From Octopus bimaculoides (Eukaryota): a stretch of DNA of 64,000 bases. The first letter of the stretch is position 1. Every line of letters begins with the position of its first letter. Shown one piece after another: positions 1 to 13,789 of this stretch. The position numbers were made by a program, and so were the translations under genes. The notes beneath the pieces were generated by a model. That model searched no databases. It saw nothing but the letters and a program-made list of their open reading frames with translations, and was not told where the DNA came from. The DNA lies in contig NC_068994.1 of NCBI RefSeq assembly GCF_001194135.2, positions 42,632,615-42,696,614 on the forward strand. Direction: 5' to 3'.

Positions 1-129
1 TATTTAGCTAACCAAAACCCTTACCATTATTCCATTGTATGGCTTCTCACTATGGAATATATACCATGTAACATACAATTGCAACTGCTACAACAGCAAT
101 ATTGACAGCAGCAACAATAATAGAGATAT

Positions 130-364
130 GAAGTTGTTTAGAAGAATGCATCTATATGGTAGCTCAAAGGCATTACTAGAAATAGTTACTAAATCTCTTT
201 CCTTCAAATCATACTCTACTGCCTTAAATAAAAGACATACTAGTCCTTGATATGAAATAAAAAGTTGGGATAGTCAAAGCTGGAAGATATTTGACTATAG
301 GTTTTTTTATGATCAGGTGTGATTTGAATTTTAAAGACATTCGGTCTTAAGACAGTCATGTTAA
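130..364 (-). repeat. Unclassified dispersed short repeat (family D) copy; its 264-364 part is the left arm of an inverted pair
   Basis: Reverse complement matches 792-892 at 92/101 nt; similar sequence recurs at about 22400-22620, 33420-33610 and 61645-61870. Confidence 0.6.
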
Positions 365-791
365 ATCAGTAAAAGGAAGTCTGACCATTTAGATTTTACA
401 CTGGAGTGGTCTTCTAAATGAATTGAGGTACAGGGCTGGAGAGCTCCTCCAACTCTTGTGTTGCTGGAAGAGTGTCTAGGTTGGTACCAGACCAATTGAA
501 GGATTCCAATTGATAGGGTAGAATTATGATCAACAACATTCCATCCAGCAAGTACCATCCTCTTGCCTTTCTTTAGTGATTATCCAACAGTACATTTACT
601 AAGTGTCATTCTAGTTTTGACTTTTTAAGATAATAGGGTGTGATTTATGAAGGATTTGGTTGTTATTTCGATTAGGTTATTGAATGACTGCATAAATGCT
701 CCTTGGTCAGTTCATTGTCACTGTTGCTCAGTTTTTACTTTTGTTGTTTGTTTGTTTCTTTCTTTCTTAGTCATGTCTTCCTGTTACTGTA

Positions 792-892
792 TTAACATGA
801 CTGTCTTAAGACTGAATACGTTTAAACTTCAAATCAGACCTGATCATAAAAAAACCTATAATCAAATATGTTCCAGCCTTGACTATCCCAAC
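792..892 (+). repeat. Family D partial copy; right arm of the inverted pair
   Basis: ttaacatgactgtcttaag...gactatcccaac is the reverse complement of 264-364 with 9 mismatches. Confidence 0.8.
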
Positions 893-984
893 TGACAAAT
901 CGACATTGCCTGTGTAGGTGAACAAGTGTGCCACATGTCAGATGTCGAAATGATTGTAGAGCAACATGTAATAATGTGTTTTGC

Positions 985-1070
985 TCAAGAACACAACGTG
1001 CAGCTTGGTCCAGGAATCGCACCTATGAACTAATGATCATGAGTGCAACGCCCAAAACACTTGGCTACGG
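985..1070 (-). mobile_element. tRNA-derived SINE (family C), 5' part
   Basis: tgttttgctcaagaacacaac...ccaggaatcg...aaacacttggctac is homologous to the family C copy at 42294-42654. Confidence 0.65.
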
Positions 1071-1218
1071 TGCTGATTATGAAGATGATGATGATGATCG
1101 TGATGACGATGAAAATGAAAATGATAAATATTATTAGTATTGCAATTGTCATCATTACTGTTATTATCAATATTCCAAGTAGAGTTAAGACAGCAAACAT
1201 GTGGAGGTGGTTTTGATG

Positions 1219-1261
<43 letters not shown>

Positions 1262-1290
1262 CAGCAGCAGCAGTAGTAGTAGTAATAGTA
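1219..1290. repeat. (AGT)n/(AGC)n trinucleotide microsatellite
   Basis: Direct reading; explains the poly-S/Y/L pseudo-ORFs. Confidence 0.95.
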
Positions 1291-2447
1291 TCTGTCGCAA
1301 CAATAGGAAAATAATGGCAATGAAGAGTAAAAGAAATAATAGAAAAAATGTGAATGTTTGCATTTGGTGGGTTTGAAATTAATCTTGGTTCCTACAAGAA
1401 AGTTTGGTTAATTTCTTTTCAGGAATGATAATCTGAAAAAGTGCGTTAGTGAGACACACAGACATTGATCTAAAATAACATTTCCAAAAGATACAGAGCA
1501 GCTAAATAGGCAGATTGTCAAACCTGTTTTAACACCATGGCAGCTTGGGAGAGATTGCATTGTTCCGAAGACACATGAGCAATGCTTGCTAATCTCCAAG
1601 AGAATGTGTACATACATATATACATAGGTACACACATATATATATGCATTACACACACATGTACACACATATGTATGTATGTAGGTATATAGGTATGTAT
1701 GTGAGAGAAAGAGAGAGAATGGCACACAATTACAGATATATATATATATATATATATACATACATATATTTGCAATGATATATATATGTACATATACATG
1801 TACATATATGTTTATATATATACAAATATATATAAATAAATAAACATATATATATGTATGTATGTAAATATAAATATATAGGTATGTACGTAAATCTAAA
1901 TACATATGTATATATATATATGTATATATATAGATGCATACACAAAAATATAAGACCTTTATCTCAGCTGTTCATGTTACAACACTAACAACTCTGTTAT
2001 TTTGCTGAACCGGCTTATAGATTTTTTTACAATGATAAAAAGAAAATGAAATCCTAACAGATACAATAATACGAAATAATAATAAGAATAACACTAATAA
2101 CAACAACAACAACAACAATGTAAACACCAACACTGAAATGAAGAAATAAAGAAACGAAACAAAATAAGCAATATACAAGAACTACAAAAAAATAACAAAA
2201 CACTATCAGTGAAAAAGAAAAATAGTATAATTTAATACTAAGGCAGCCTGAAAGAAGTGACAATTCTTTGCCGCTTACCTACCACCATCTGCATTGTGTT
2301 CACACCTGAGCTCAATAAAGATTTTTACCTTTTTCTTACACTTCTCTAATATCAATTCTCTACTTGGCTGTGGAATTCAAGGATATGACTTCCTGTTTCC
2401 CCTATATCACAGGTATGATTCAAAGTATAGTTTAAAACCAATACGTA

Positions 2448-2480
<33 letters not shown>

Positions 2481-3101
2481 GCACACACACTCATGTATAT
2501 ATACACCCATATACATACGTGTGTGTATATATATATATATATACCAAGTAAAACATGATCACAGAAATACTGATATGTGTGACTGTGTGTGCATATGTGT
2601 CACATGTAAATATACATACATACACCCACACATACACGTGCATATATATTTATAAAAGTATGTATGTATGTATGTATGTATATATGTATGTATGCATGTA
2701 TATGTAGATGATAGAGACACACAGAGGTCATGGCTACCATACTTAAAGCTTAATGTAGTACATTTCCTTACACCTTTATGTGTGTATGTGTGTTCACGTG
2801 TGTATGTATTTGTGTTTGGATATGTGTGTGTGAGTACAGGTGCGTGTGTGTACAGGTGTGTGTGTATATATTTATATATACTCGTATGTGTGTTTTCATG
2901 CAGTGATATACGCAGCATGTGTAAAGGAAGGCAAGAATTGGTTCAGACAAGCTGGAGTGTTATTTTATACATTTATATGTAAGTAGATGACACCTATATA
3001 TTTGTGCACATGCACACACAGACACACAGACATATGCACAGAGCTACATACACATACACACATGTATACACTCGCACACATGTGCAGATGCATATACACA
3101 T

Positions 3102-3149
<48 letters not shown>

Positions 3150-3457
3150 NNNNNNNNNNNNNNNNNNNNNNNNNNNNNNNNNNNNNNNNNNNNNNNNNNN
3201 NNNNNNNNNNNNNNNNNNNNNNNNNNNNNNNNNNNNNNNNNNNNNNNNNNNNNNNNNNNNNNNNNNNNNNNNNNNNNNNNNNNNNNNNNNNNNNNNNNNN
3301 NNNNNNNNNNNNNNNNNNNNNNNNNNNNNNNNNNNNNNNNNNNNNNNNNNNNNNNNNNNNNNNNNNNNNNNNNNNNNNNNNNNNNNNNNNNNNNNNNNNN
3401 NNNNNNNNNNNNNNNNNNNNNNNNNNNNNNNNNNNNNNNNNNNNNNNNNNNNNNNNN

Positions 3458-3528
<71 letters not shown>

Positions 3529-3959
3529 CACACACACATACCACAGACATTCGCATACGCATATGCACACATTAAGAAGCATGTTTGTGTTTGTGTGTGA
3601 ATTACACGTTCATTCATTGAAGAATGACAGCTGGTTGAAGAAGTGTCAAGTAATCTAAGTTAAAGAATGCAACAGAAGAAGAATAAGAATAAGAATACGC
3701 GATGAAGGATGATCTGAGGATGCTGAACTTCATGAAGAGGATGACAAGGGACTATAAACAAGTACTGAAACGCTGTGATGGAGGAGACTCAACCAATGCA
3801 TGTTTACATGGAAAAATCAGATATAAGGTTGATGATGACAATGATGATGAAGAAAACAATACAAATACATACATACATATATACATATAGATACAATCAT
3901 ATACACGTAAAAACTTACATGTGTTTTAAGGTTTTGTGTCGACAGGCTCTCAGTATTTT

Positions 3960-4330
3960 CTCCATTATTATTGTCATCGTCATCGTCATCATCACTTTCA
4001 TCTAGATATCATCTTCTCACTACTCTTCCCCTTTCCCCTCATAATCTTTCTCCTCTTCTTCTTCATCATCATCATTATCATCATCGTCGTCACACTTATC
4101 CTCCTCCTCGTTCCCTTTCTCGTCATCATCATCCTCATCATTCTCATCGTCATCATCATTGTCATTGTCATCCTCACCACCACCATCACCACTAACTCCA
4201 CCCACTCCTCTAACTCCTCTTCCTCCTTTTCTTCTTTATCTCTTTCCTCCTCTTCCTCCTCCCCATCACCATCATCATAAACATCATCATCATCCTTTTC
4301 AGGTCTTCCTGTTTCATCATTCATACATCT
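3960..4330. repeat. Degenerate (CAT)n/(CCT)n low-complexity tract
   Basis: Direct reading. Confidence 0.9.
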
Positions 4331-6773
4331 CATTGCTAACACTGGGAAACCCTCTTTTGACCTGCTGGGCAAAGCAGCAAAATCTCTCCCAAACCATACC
4401 CTATCATTATCTTAAATATGGAAAAGTCTCTTTAGACAATGTAGTTCAATACAACCCTAAACATTTGAGAGAAAGTCATGGCTGGAATATAAATGTGTTC
4501 ACTGTTGACTTGGGACCAAACAACAACAACAATTGCTCCATTTTCATCTATTATCTTTTACCTGTTACTGTGACTGGACTGTGGCCATGCTGGGGCACTG
4601 CCATAAAGGGTTTTAGTTGAGCAAATCAAACAGAGTACTTATTTTTTGGTGGTGAAATGTTATTGATTATATGTTTTTGCTCAAGCAGCAAGCATAAGAT
4701 GGCTGAGCAGACCTGAGGTCTAACAAAATAAATAAATAAAATATAGTAAAAATGAAAATTAAAAAAAAAAACATGATTTTACACTTTTACTTCGTGATCA
4801 GGTGTGTGTTGAAACTGCAGAAAGTGGGTTATAGAGATCTATCTATGTAAAGAAATAGTCCAACAATAAGCAAATATTCAAATTATCAATTCCCTTCCCA
4901 CCCATTTCTGCTCGGTTAAAAATAAAGAAAAATGGATGTGAAACAGAAAAAAAAAAACATAGATAAATGAAAATGAAAATTAAAAAAAAAAAACATACGC
5001 TTCCAAAACCAACAAGATAAGGTAAATGAATGGAAATAAAAATTGTTTGCGAAAGCTGTGGAATGTTGAACAGAAGATTTTTTTTCCATAACATTTACAA
5101 ACATTATAATGAGTATTTACATTGTATCAAAATGCAATTACATTTCCTCAAATACAATTCATCTCACATCATTTAATTCTTGTCTCATCTTACATTGAAT
5201 AAACACCATAGAATTTGTATATAAATCACTTTAACTTAAAACTATATTAAGTAAAACCACAGCAGTTGTTTTGCATAAATAATTTATTTTAATTTAACTA
5301 TTGCAGCTGTTCTAGCTTAACTATGATGACCATGTTACAAAATAACTGATCTTATTTTTTCTGCTTTTGCTTTTAATCAAATATTTAATTATATTAGATG
5401 AAACCAAGATTTGATCACAAAATGTACTGAACAAGAATAAATAATGTGAGGTATTTTGTCCAACACACAAATAACTCTACCAGTATTTCACCCCTATTTA
5501 GATGAGGACAAATTATGATAAAGTATTTTGTTGAAATTCAGGAGCCATTATGCCAATAAAAACACATGTACTGGTTCTATTTCACTTCTTTATTTTTATT
5601 TGCTGGTTGGTTAACCATTTAACCAATTAACTAATTGATTGTATGATTAATTGTTTAGTCAATCAGTCATCCAGCTACGTTCGTCAAAATCCTTTCATCC
5701 CCATTTATGGCCTCATCAATTATATGCCCTCTCTATTCCAGACCTGCTCCATCATGACTATTTCATAATGATCATTCATAATGACCATTTCAAGATAAAA
5801 CAAAATATATTTCAGCACACAAGTTCTCAACAATATCTGGCAAATCAGATACAAAAATGAAACAATAAAATATGTTTATCGATATTTTTCTATTATTTAT
5901 GCAGCAAAGTTACAACAACGCCTTGTCAATACACTATAATTTATCTCAGTTTTCAAGATGCTTTTAAGTTAGCAAGAGATATTTCTCTTTAAGCTTAGAC
6001 ACCCCACCAACATTTTGGTCTATGACAGTTATTATATGAGCTAGATAGACTGAGCCAACAAAACAATTGTCATAGAGCTCTCTATTGTCTGTCTGAACTG
6101 TCCTTATCTTCTAATAACAACTACTCAAAAACTAGGGAGACCAGGCTGGTGAGAATTGCCTTGTTAGTGATTGACATAGCACATCACTTCACTACAATAT
6201 ATGATATAAACCATCACACCTTTGACCAGTCAGCTGACATTCTATCAACCTGACCAGCTGCATCTTGTCGAAATATCAGTCAAAGCTGCACTACGAAGTT
6301 CAATATCTATATGCATCCTGATAAATATTTTACCATCTGCTGAATCCAGTTGATAAGGAATATGGCCTTTAAAGATTCACAACAGAATATTCTCTCCCTC
6401 ACATTCAACCAAAATAGCAGATATATTTCATTTCAAATATTCAAACAGAGGAAGCTGTGGATATTGGAGGACTCACAAATATGCCATTCTCAGACTTAGA
6501 CACACACACGTGCATCGACAAACGTATACATAAATACACACTTGCATGCTTTGATATGAGTATACACACATATGTGTATACTGATAATCTTTCTTTTTAT
6601 CCTTATTCTTTATTTAAATAAAATCAGGTGAAACCTCCAAGAGATGAATGATAAAATGGTTGCCACCTTGCTTACACTTTCTGTTTTTACCCCTCTCTTT
6701 CTCTCTCTCTATATATATATGTCTCTCTTCCCTATATTCATTTTGTTGATATACATGTATGCATACCTAAATG

Positions 6774-6812
<39 letters not shown>

Positions 6813-7885
6813 TGTATGTATGGGTATGTATACACATGTATATATGTGTGTGTGTGTGTTTATTTGTATGTGTGCATGTATGTATGTATGTATGTATGTA
6901 TGTATACTGAGAGAAAGTGAAAGATTAAGTGTCATATACATGCAGAAATATATTATTCTTACCTTACCTCACCCTTTACAACCGCTGCTGTGCTTTCTTC
7001 CATCCTTATTATTTTTTTTATCCTCTTTATCAATCATATATCCCCTTTTGCCTGCCCCCCCCACACCCGCCTTCACATTTAACTCCACCNNNNNNNNNNN
7101 NNNNNNNNNNNNNNNNNNNNNNNNNNNNNNNNNNNNNNNNNNNNNNNNNNNNNNNNNNNNNNNNNNNNNNNNNNNNNNNNNNNNNNNNNNNNNNNNNNNN
7201 NNNNNNNNNNNNNNNNNNNNNNNNNNNNNNNNNNNNNNNNNNNNNNNNNNNNNNNNNNNNNNNNNNNNNNNNNNNNNNNNNNNNNNNNNNNNNNNNNNNN
7301 NNNNNNNNNNNNNNNNNNNNNNNNNNNNNNNNNNNNNNNNNNNNNNNNNNNNNNNNNNNNNNNNNNNNNNNNNNNNNNNNNNNNNNNNNNNNNNNNNNNN
7401 NNNNNNNNNNNNNNNNNNNNNNNNNNNNNNNNNNNNNNNNNNNNNNNNNNNNNNNNNNNNNNNNNNNNNNNNNNNNNNNNNNNNNNNNNNNNNNNNNNNN
7501 NNNNNNNNNNNNNNNNNNNNNNNNNNNNNNNNNNNNNNNNNNNNNNNNNNNNNNNNNNNNNNNNNNNNNNNNNNNNNNNNNNNNNNNNNNNNNNNNNNNN
7601 NNNNNNNNNNNNNNNNNNNNNNNNNNNNNNNNNNNNNNNNNNNNNNNNNNNNNNNNNNNNNNNNNNNNNNNNNNNNNNNNNNNNNNNNNNNNNNNNNNNN
7701 NNNNNNNNNNNNNNNNNNNNNNNNNNNNNNNNNNNNNNNNNNNNNNNNNNNNNNNNNNNNNNNNNNNNNNNNNNNNNNNNNNNNNNNNNNNNNNNNNNNN
7801 NNNNNNNNNNNNNNNNNNNNNNNNNNNNNNNNNNNNNNNNNNNNNNNNNNNNNNNNNNNNNNNNNNNNNNNNNNNNNNNNNNNNN

Positions 7886-7930
<45 letters not shown>

Positions 7931-8930
7931 CATACATACATATATATGTGTGTGTGCGTATCTATGTGTATACACACACACACACACACATATATATATA
8001 AACATAGAGACACACATGCATATATATATATATTAGGTGTGTGGGTATACATATGTGTATGCATGTGCATGTATCATTGAAAATGCCACTGAACTCCATT
8101 AAAAAAAAAAAATTTTTATATCAAAGATTTTTTTTTTACATATATCCTTTCCAAAAGAAAGACAATAAAAACATATTTAATAGAAAAGGGAGAAGAAAAG
8201 AACAAGCTAAACACTAGTTAATAACAGATATACAAATAACTTAATAAATGAATCTATATAGAATAATACAGAGACAAAAGCAATAACATAAATGCAAAAG
8301 ACGCAACAATATTATTTAGTTTAAAATGAAAAAAACATAAATTTTTATGACATACCAAAATGCACTATGGCTATATAGAGTAGATGAATGCATTACAGAA
8401 AAGCTCATCAAACAGAACAGAACACGAATTACACTCAATCATAAACGAACATTAATAATATATATTGCAAAAAGAAAAAAAAAATAATTAATAAATAATA
8501 ATAGTAACAATAATAATAATGCAACAAAAAAATTGTAAATCTCATCATCTGTATACATATACATGCATACGTATGCATATATATGTGTGTGTATGTATGT
8601 GTATATATATATATATATATNNNNNNNNNNNNNNNNNNNNNNNNNNNNNNNNNNNNNNNNNNNNNNNNNNNNNNNNNNNNNNNNNNNNNNNNNNNNNNNN
8701 NNNNNNNNNNNNNNNNNNNNNNNNNNNNNNNNNNNNNNNNNNNNNNNNNNNNNNNNNNNNNNNNNNNNNNNNNNNNNNNNNNNNNNNNNNNNNNNNNNNN
8801 NNNNNNNNNNNNNNNNNNNNNNNNNNNNNNNNNNNNNNNNNNNNNNNNNNNNNNNNNNNNNNNNNNNNNNNNNNNNNNNNNNNNNNNNNNNNNNNNNTAT
8901 ATATATACACATATATATATATATTCATAT

Positions 8931-8965
<35 letters not shown>

Positions 8966-9551
8966 AAAATAAAAATGCTAAGCCTGCAATCCACTGAATT
9001 GAATAATTTCAGATGACTAATGTAATTTAGGAATTCAGAAGCAATCGTATGAAAGTAGTAAATTTTCATAGCTATAACTGCTTTGTTGGACATGCATCTG
9101 GCCATGATTTTATAAGTAGCAACCATTTCAATATATGATAGTATAGAGCAGAAAGAAAAATATTCCTTAAAAATTCAAGGAAAATAATAAACAAAGAAGC
9201 TACATTGGGCAAGACACGGTTACACTGATCCAATATGGGAACACTATATGCCATATCAAGGACTGGACATAACGACTCAAAGAGAGGACTACTTTTCTGC
9301 CCTCCAGCATGCCTTTTTAAACTAACATCTGAATCTGACCAATTTGAAAACTGCACAGTTCTCCAGTGTCTACTTAGATATAATTTCTATGGATGGATAC
9401 TCTTCTTTACACCATCCACTTTACAAAGTGTACTGAATGCAATTTTCCTGACACTAACATTAGTGAGGTCACCATGCAACTGAGATAGCCTCTGGATGAA
9501 TTGAGCTACAACAGAGAGGGAGCTGGTTTATGTTGGCGGATGAGAGTTTAA

Positions 9552-9771
9552 CACTTTAGCATTCAAGCCAGCCATATCCTACCTAAATATTCTATCGCCT
9601 TTATGCTCACACCAGCCAGATCCAGCCTCTTACACCTACCCTACAATATCATTCCTAAAGTAAGGAGCCACATCACGGAAATCTCATGGTTATAAGTCAT
9701 CACATGACTAATTTAAAATGATGTGAATGAATAAGTATTACATTTGACAGAGTAATCTGAATACTGAAGTG
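9552..9771. mobile_element. piggyBac-type MITE, 220 bp, TTAA target duplication
   Basis: TTAA at 9548-9551 and 9772-9775. Termini are cactttagcattca and (reverse complement) cacttcagtattca, 12/14 identical. No ORF. Confidence 0.7.
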
Positions 9772-10590
9772 TTAAAGTATGAAAGAAACTCTTATTATAG
9801 AAGAATGGATGGTATTAACTAGAGGAGAGGTGGAAAGGGATAAAAATAAAACTAGTGATGAAGTGTTGGGATGTAGCTCAACCTACAACGAAGTGAATAG
9901 TAATAAGGGGAGACAGAAGAGCAGGAGGTGAGGAGTGTGCTTTCAATACTATAAATTTACAAGAAAAGTCAACCCTCACCTTATATATATANNNNNNNNN
10001 NNNNNNNNNNNNNNNNNNNNNNNNNNNNNNNNNNNNNNNNNNNNNNNNNNNNNNNNNNNNNNNNNNNNNNNNNNNNNNNNNNNNNNNNNNNNNNNNNNNN
10101 NNNNNNNNNNNNNNNNNNNNNNNNNNNNNNNNNNNNNNNNNNNNNNNNNNNNNNNNNNNNNNNNNNNNNNNNNNNNNNNNNNNNNNNNNNNNNNNNNNNN
10201 NNNNNNNNNNNNNNNNNNNNNNNNNNNNNNNNNNNNNNNNNNNNNNNNNNNNNNNNNNNNNNNNNNNNNNNNNNNNNNNNNNNNNNNNNNNNNNNNNNNN
10301 NNNNNNNNNNNNNNNNNNNNNNNNNNNNNNNNNNNNNNNNNNNNNNNNNNNNNNNNNNNNNNNNNNNNNNNNNNNNNNNNNNNNNNNNNNNNNNNNNNNN
10401 NNNNNNNNNNNNNNNNNNNNNNNNNNNNNNNNNNNNNNNNNNNNNNNNNNNNNNNNNNNNNNNNNNNNNNNNNNNNNNNNNNNNNNNNNNNNNNNNNNNN
10501 NNNNNNNNNNNNNNNNNNNNNNNNNNNNNNNNNNNNNNNNNNNNNNNNNNNNNNNNNNNNNTGTATGGATATATATGTGTGTGTGCACGT

Positions 10591-10621
<31 letters not shown>

Positions 10622-10984
10622 CATATATATGTATGTATATATATGTGTATTTGTGTGTGTGTGCATGCACACGTGTATGAATATATGCATGTGTGCGTGT
10701 ATGTATATGTTTATATATAAGAAATTAGAATGACAAAGGAATAAACATGTTATGAAGTTCATTAGCTTGCAGCTGTTGTTTCAGCTATGAGATACAATGT
10801 ACTCATACTGAATGCTTGTGTATCACCCCACAGTTTCATCAGAACTCAAAGATGAAAGTGTCATTCCAATTTCTTTTTTGCACACTGTACTCGACTGAAA
10901 CTTCATTCTGAAGCATATGCATATTGAGTCATGACACCAGGTTATTAGTATTAGTATGCCTCAGCAATATGTGTATGTGTGTAT

Positions 10985-11380
10985 CATCATCATTTAACGT
11001 CTGTTTTCCATGCTAGCATGGGTCGGACAGTTGACTAGGTTCTGGGAAGCCAGGAGGCTGAACCAGGCTCCAGTCTGATTTGGCAGTGTTTCTACAGATG
11101 GATGCCCTTCCTAACGCCAACCACTCTGTGAGTGTAGTGAGTGATTTTTACGTGCCACCAGCACAGGGGCCAGAGGAGGCTGGCAATGGCCACAATCAGT
11201 TGGTGCTTTTTACATGCCACCAGCACAGAAGCCAGTCAAGGCAGCACTGGCATCGGCCACGTTCAGATGGTGATTTTTACATGACACCGGCATGGGCATC
11301 ACAACTACAAATTCTAATTGATTTTCATTTTGATGTTGATGTACTTGACTCAATAGGTCTCTTCAAGCACAGCAGGTCGA
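10985..11380 (-). mobile_element. RTE LINE 3' UTR fragment with (GAT)n tail
   Basis: (ATC)n followed by ttaacgtc..ttttccatgctagcatggg...ggatgcccttcctaacgccaacc, homologous to the 3' end of the RTE copy at 38472-38716. Confidence 0.8.
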
Positions 11381-11759
11381 GGTATATATATATATATATA
11401 TATATATAAGTCAGTAAATAGTGGGGTTGTGTTAACTGCACGTGGAGAAATAATAGGAAAATGAAAAATAATAATAAGGCAGAATGCTAAACTGAAAGCA
11501 TATTTTAATATAGATTTCTAACCGGCTTTCATTGCATGGCAAATTTTCAAGAAGAAGGAGAATGAAAATGTTTTTTACAAAAAGTAAAAAAATGAAAAAA
11601 AATAATATATAAAAAAAATTATATATAAAAAATAAATATACCAATACATTATATTGTCTTTGAGCTTTTAAAGTTCAATGGTAATCCATGTAGATAATGG
11701 TTGGAAAAATAAGGATGCATGAAAATTGAGAGTTGTGTTAGGTTTAAAAAAAAGAGAAA

Positions 11760-12612
11760 AGAGGCTAAAAGTTTATGTGTTAACCAGGAAGTGTGGTGTC
11801 AAAACAGGAAGTGTGTGTAAGGGGAGACAAATCTTTTTAGTTGGAGTTATGAACTCTTTGTCAACAGGAAGTTTATGTCTGTTCCTAGAGAAATAAGGTC
11901 ACTGAGGGGTTTGTGTATTAAGAAATGGTTGGAATTTCTCTATGAAAAGATTCTTCTTGTTGATTCTCTCTTGTGTGGAGATTCTGTCTTTCCATTGATA
12001 GAAAGGGAATATAAGGAATTTAGGGTTTTTGTTTCTGGCGCAAGAGTCTATGTGGCTACTGAGTGGAATTTGGTGGTATTGAGGGAGATTTATTTGTTCT
12101 TTATGGACTGCTACTCTTCTATGCAACGGGAGGCTCGTCTGTCCGATATAGAAGTGTTGGCAACCTGCGCATGTGAGGACATAAATGAGGTTCCCAGAGG
12201 AACAAGAGAAATTGGTTCTGATTTTAAAATTTGGTCCTCATTTGAAGGTAAATTCAGAGCCTTCAAGAAAACAGTTGCTTCTGCAAACCATAACAAAATT
12301 TGGGATTTTGTGGAGGGTCAAAGTTGGCAACAAAAAGAGGACAGTGAGACAAATAGTGAGGGCTGCTAAGCCAGACAGGGTAAGGTGGCAAACACTGAGG
12401 AACATTCTTTGACAGGAGAAAAGATAGGAGAAGAGATAGACAAGAATACATCTGGGCTTTGCAACAGACTGGAGTGGATGAACAGCAGAAAACTGATGAA
12501 GGGTCGTTGTTTGTGTTACTTGTCTTGTTTTCCATTTATTTCTCTTGTTCGCAAAAAATGTTTGTCTTCATTTTTCATGTTATTTACGTTTTGTGACGTC
12601 CTGTACCCATAT
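11760..12612 (-). mobile_element. Penelope-like retroelement (PLE) 3' fragment with GIY-YIG endonuclease
   Basis: Contains the GIY-YIG remnant listed next. The 12480-12612 end is homologous to 40256-40375 and abuts a (TA)n tract. Confidence 0.8.
11899..12270 (-). pseudogene. GIY-YIG endonuclease domain of a PLE (one in-frame TGA at 12238-12240)
   Basis: Extending the ORF frame upstream by hand gives FLEGSEFTFK*GPNFKIRTNFSCSSGNLIYVLTCAGCQHFYIGQTSLPLHRRVAVHKEQI, matching the PLE pattern C..N.IY...C..C...YIGQT......R...H. Confidence 0.9.
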
Positions 12613-13513
12613 ACGCATATATATATATACATATATATGTCAGTATATACATATATGTGTATATATATGCCTATATATATATTTTATTTATATCATTATA
12701 TATATGTATGTATATAAGCATGTGTGTGTGTAATATGTGACTGTATTAAGCAGTTTACTGGAGCACCGAAATGCATTAAATATATGACATAAAGACAGAA
12801 TAATTTCTACCTTCCATTATAGTGTGAGTAGAGCACACAGATGGATAGACATAACCAATCAGCACATCCAAAAATTCATTCATTATAAAATACTTGTATT
12901 CATTTGTACTTCAGAGACATCAGTTTTTTATGTTCTTTGTGTTTTAAGTTATAGAGAGATAGAGAGATATTTTATTTCAAATATATAGGGAGATATTTTA
13001 TTTCAAATATGAACAGTGAGTCTCAGAAGTAATCTTCTAATTTATCTCAGGAATAAAAAGTAAAATCACATCTGATTAACAATGAAAAATCAACACCTGA
13101 TCAGAAATATCAAGAATGCAGTTTGCCAGGATTATGAAAATATAAAACTCATTTGTTTCACAAGTTTGTTTTTTTATATCTATCTGGTAAAACATATGTG
13201 GGTATAAAATGGACATTGAAACATATATATAACTAGCTTAACACAAAGAACGACAACCTCATGACCGTATATATATATATATATATGTGTGTGTATGTTC
13301 TGGTGCTTGGTGAATTTTTTCTGGAGAACATTATTTTTCTTTGTGGTTGGGTCGTTGATGATCTCCTTCTAGCATACCAGATGTCCACTTAGTGGTCATC
13401 CCTTCTTATACGCATGTAATACAATTTTTCTGAATTATCAGATTTTTTTATATGCTAGGCCACTGGTTTTAAATGGATGTTAATTAAATTTATATTCAAT
13501 TTATCACCCCCAG

Positions 13514-13597
<84 letters not shown>

Positions 13598-13789
13598 CAT
13601 ATATTTACACACATATATATATGTATACACAGGTGAAGGATAAGAAGTTTACTTCATAACTATATGGTTTAGGTTGTTCTCACTGTGTGACACTGTAGGT
13701 GTCGTCTAGTATAGCCTTGAATAACACAAACAGTAGAAAACCCACTGTATGCATGTGTGTGTGTGTGCACATGTGTGCATGTTTCAGTC

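Noticed and set aside
1408-3658. ORFs rich in YI/CV/TH dipeptides here and throughout the window
   Set aside because: Translations of (TA)n/(TG)n/(CA)n microsatellites, many extended through N gaps; not genes.
5607-5626. 8-bp hairpin ttggttaa-ccat-ttaaccaa
   Set aside because: Expected by chance in AT-rich DNA and has no supporting context.
9061-9483. Coding-like stretch (GLDITTQREDYFSALQ...), possibly an old LINE
   Set aside because: Only a faint resemblance to R4 ETEG..A.Q; no second colinear motif and stops in all frames.
6820-10762. Longest ORFs in the track (260-380 aa)
   Set aside because: Mostly X residues from assembly gaps (7090-7886, 8621-8897, 9992-10561).
11875-12369. 164-aa plus-strand ORF MSVPREIRSL...
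   Set aside because: Antisense shadow of the PLE GIY-YIG coding strand.
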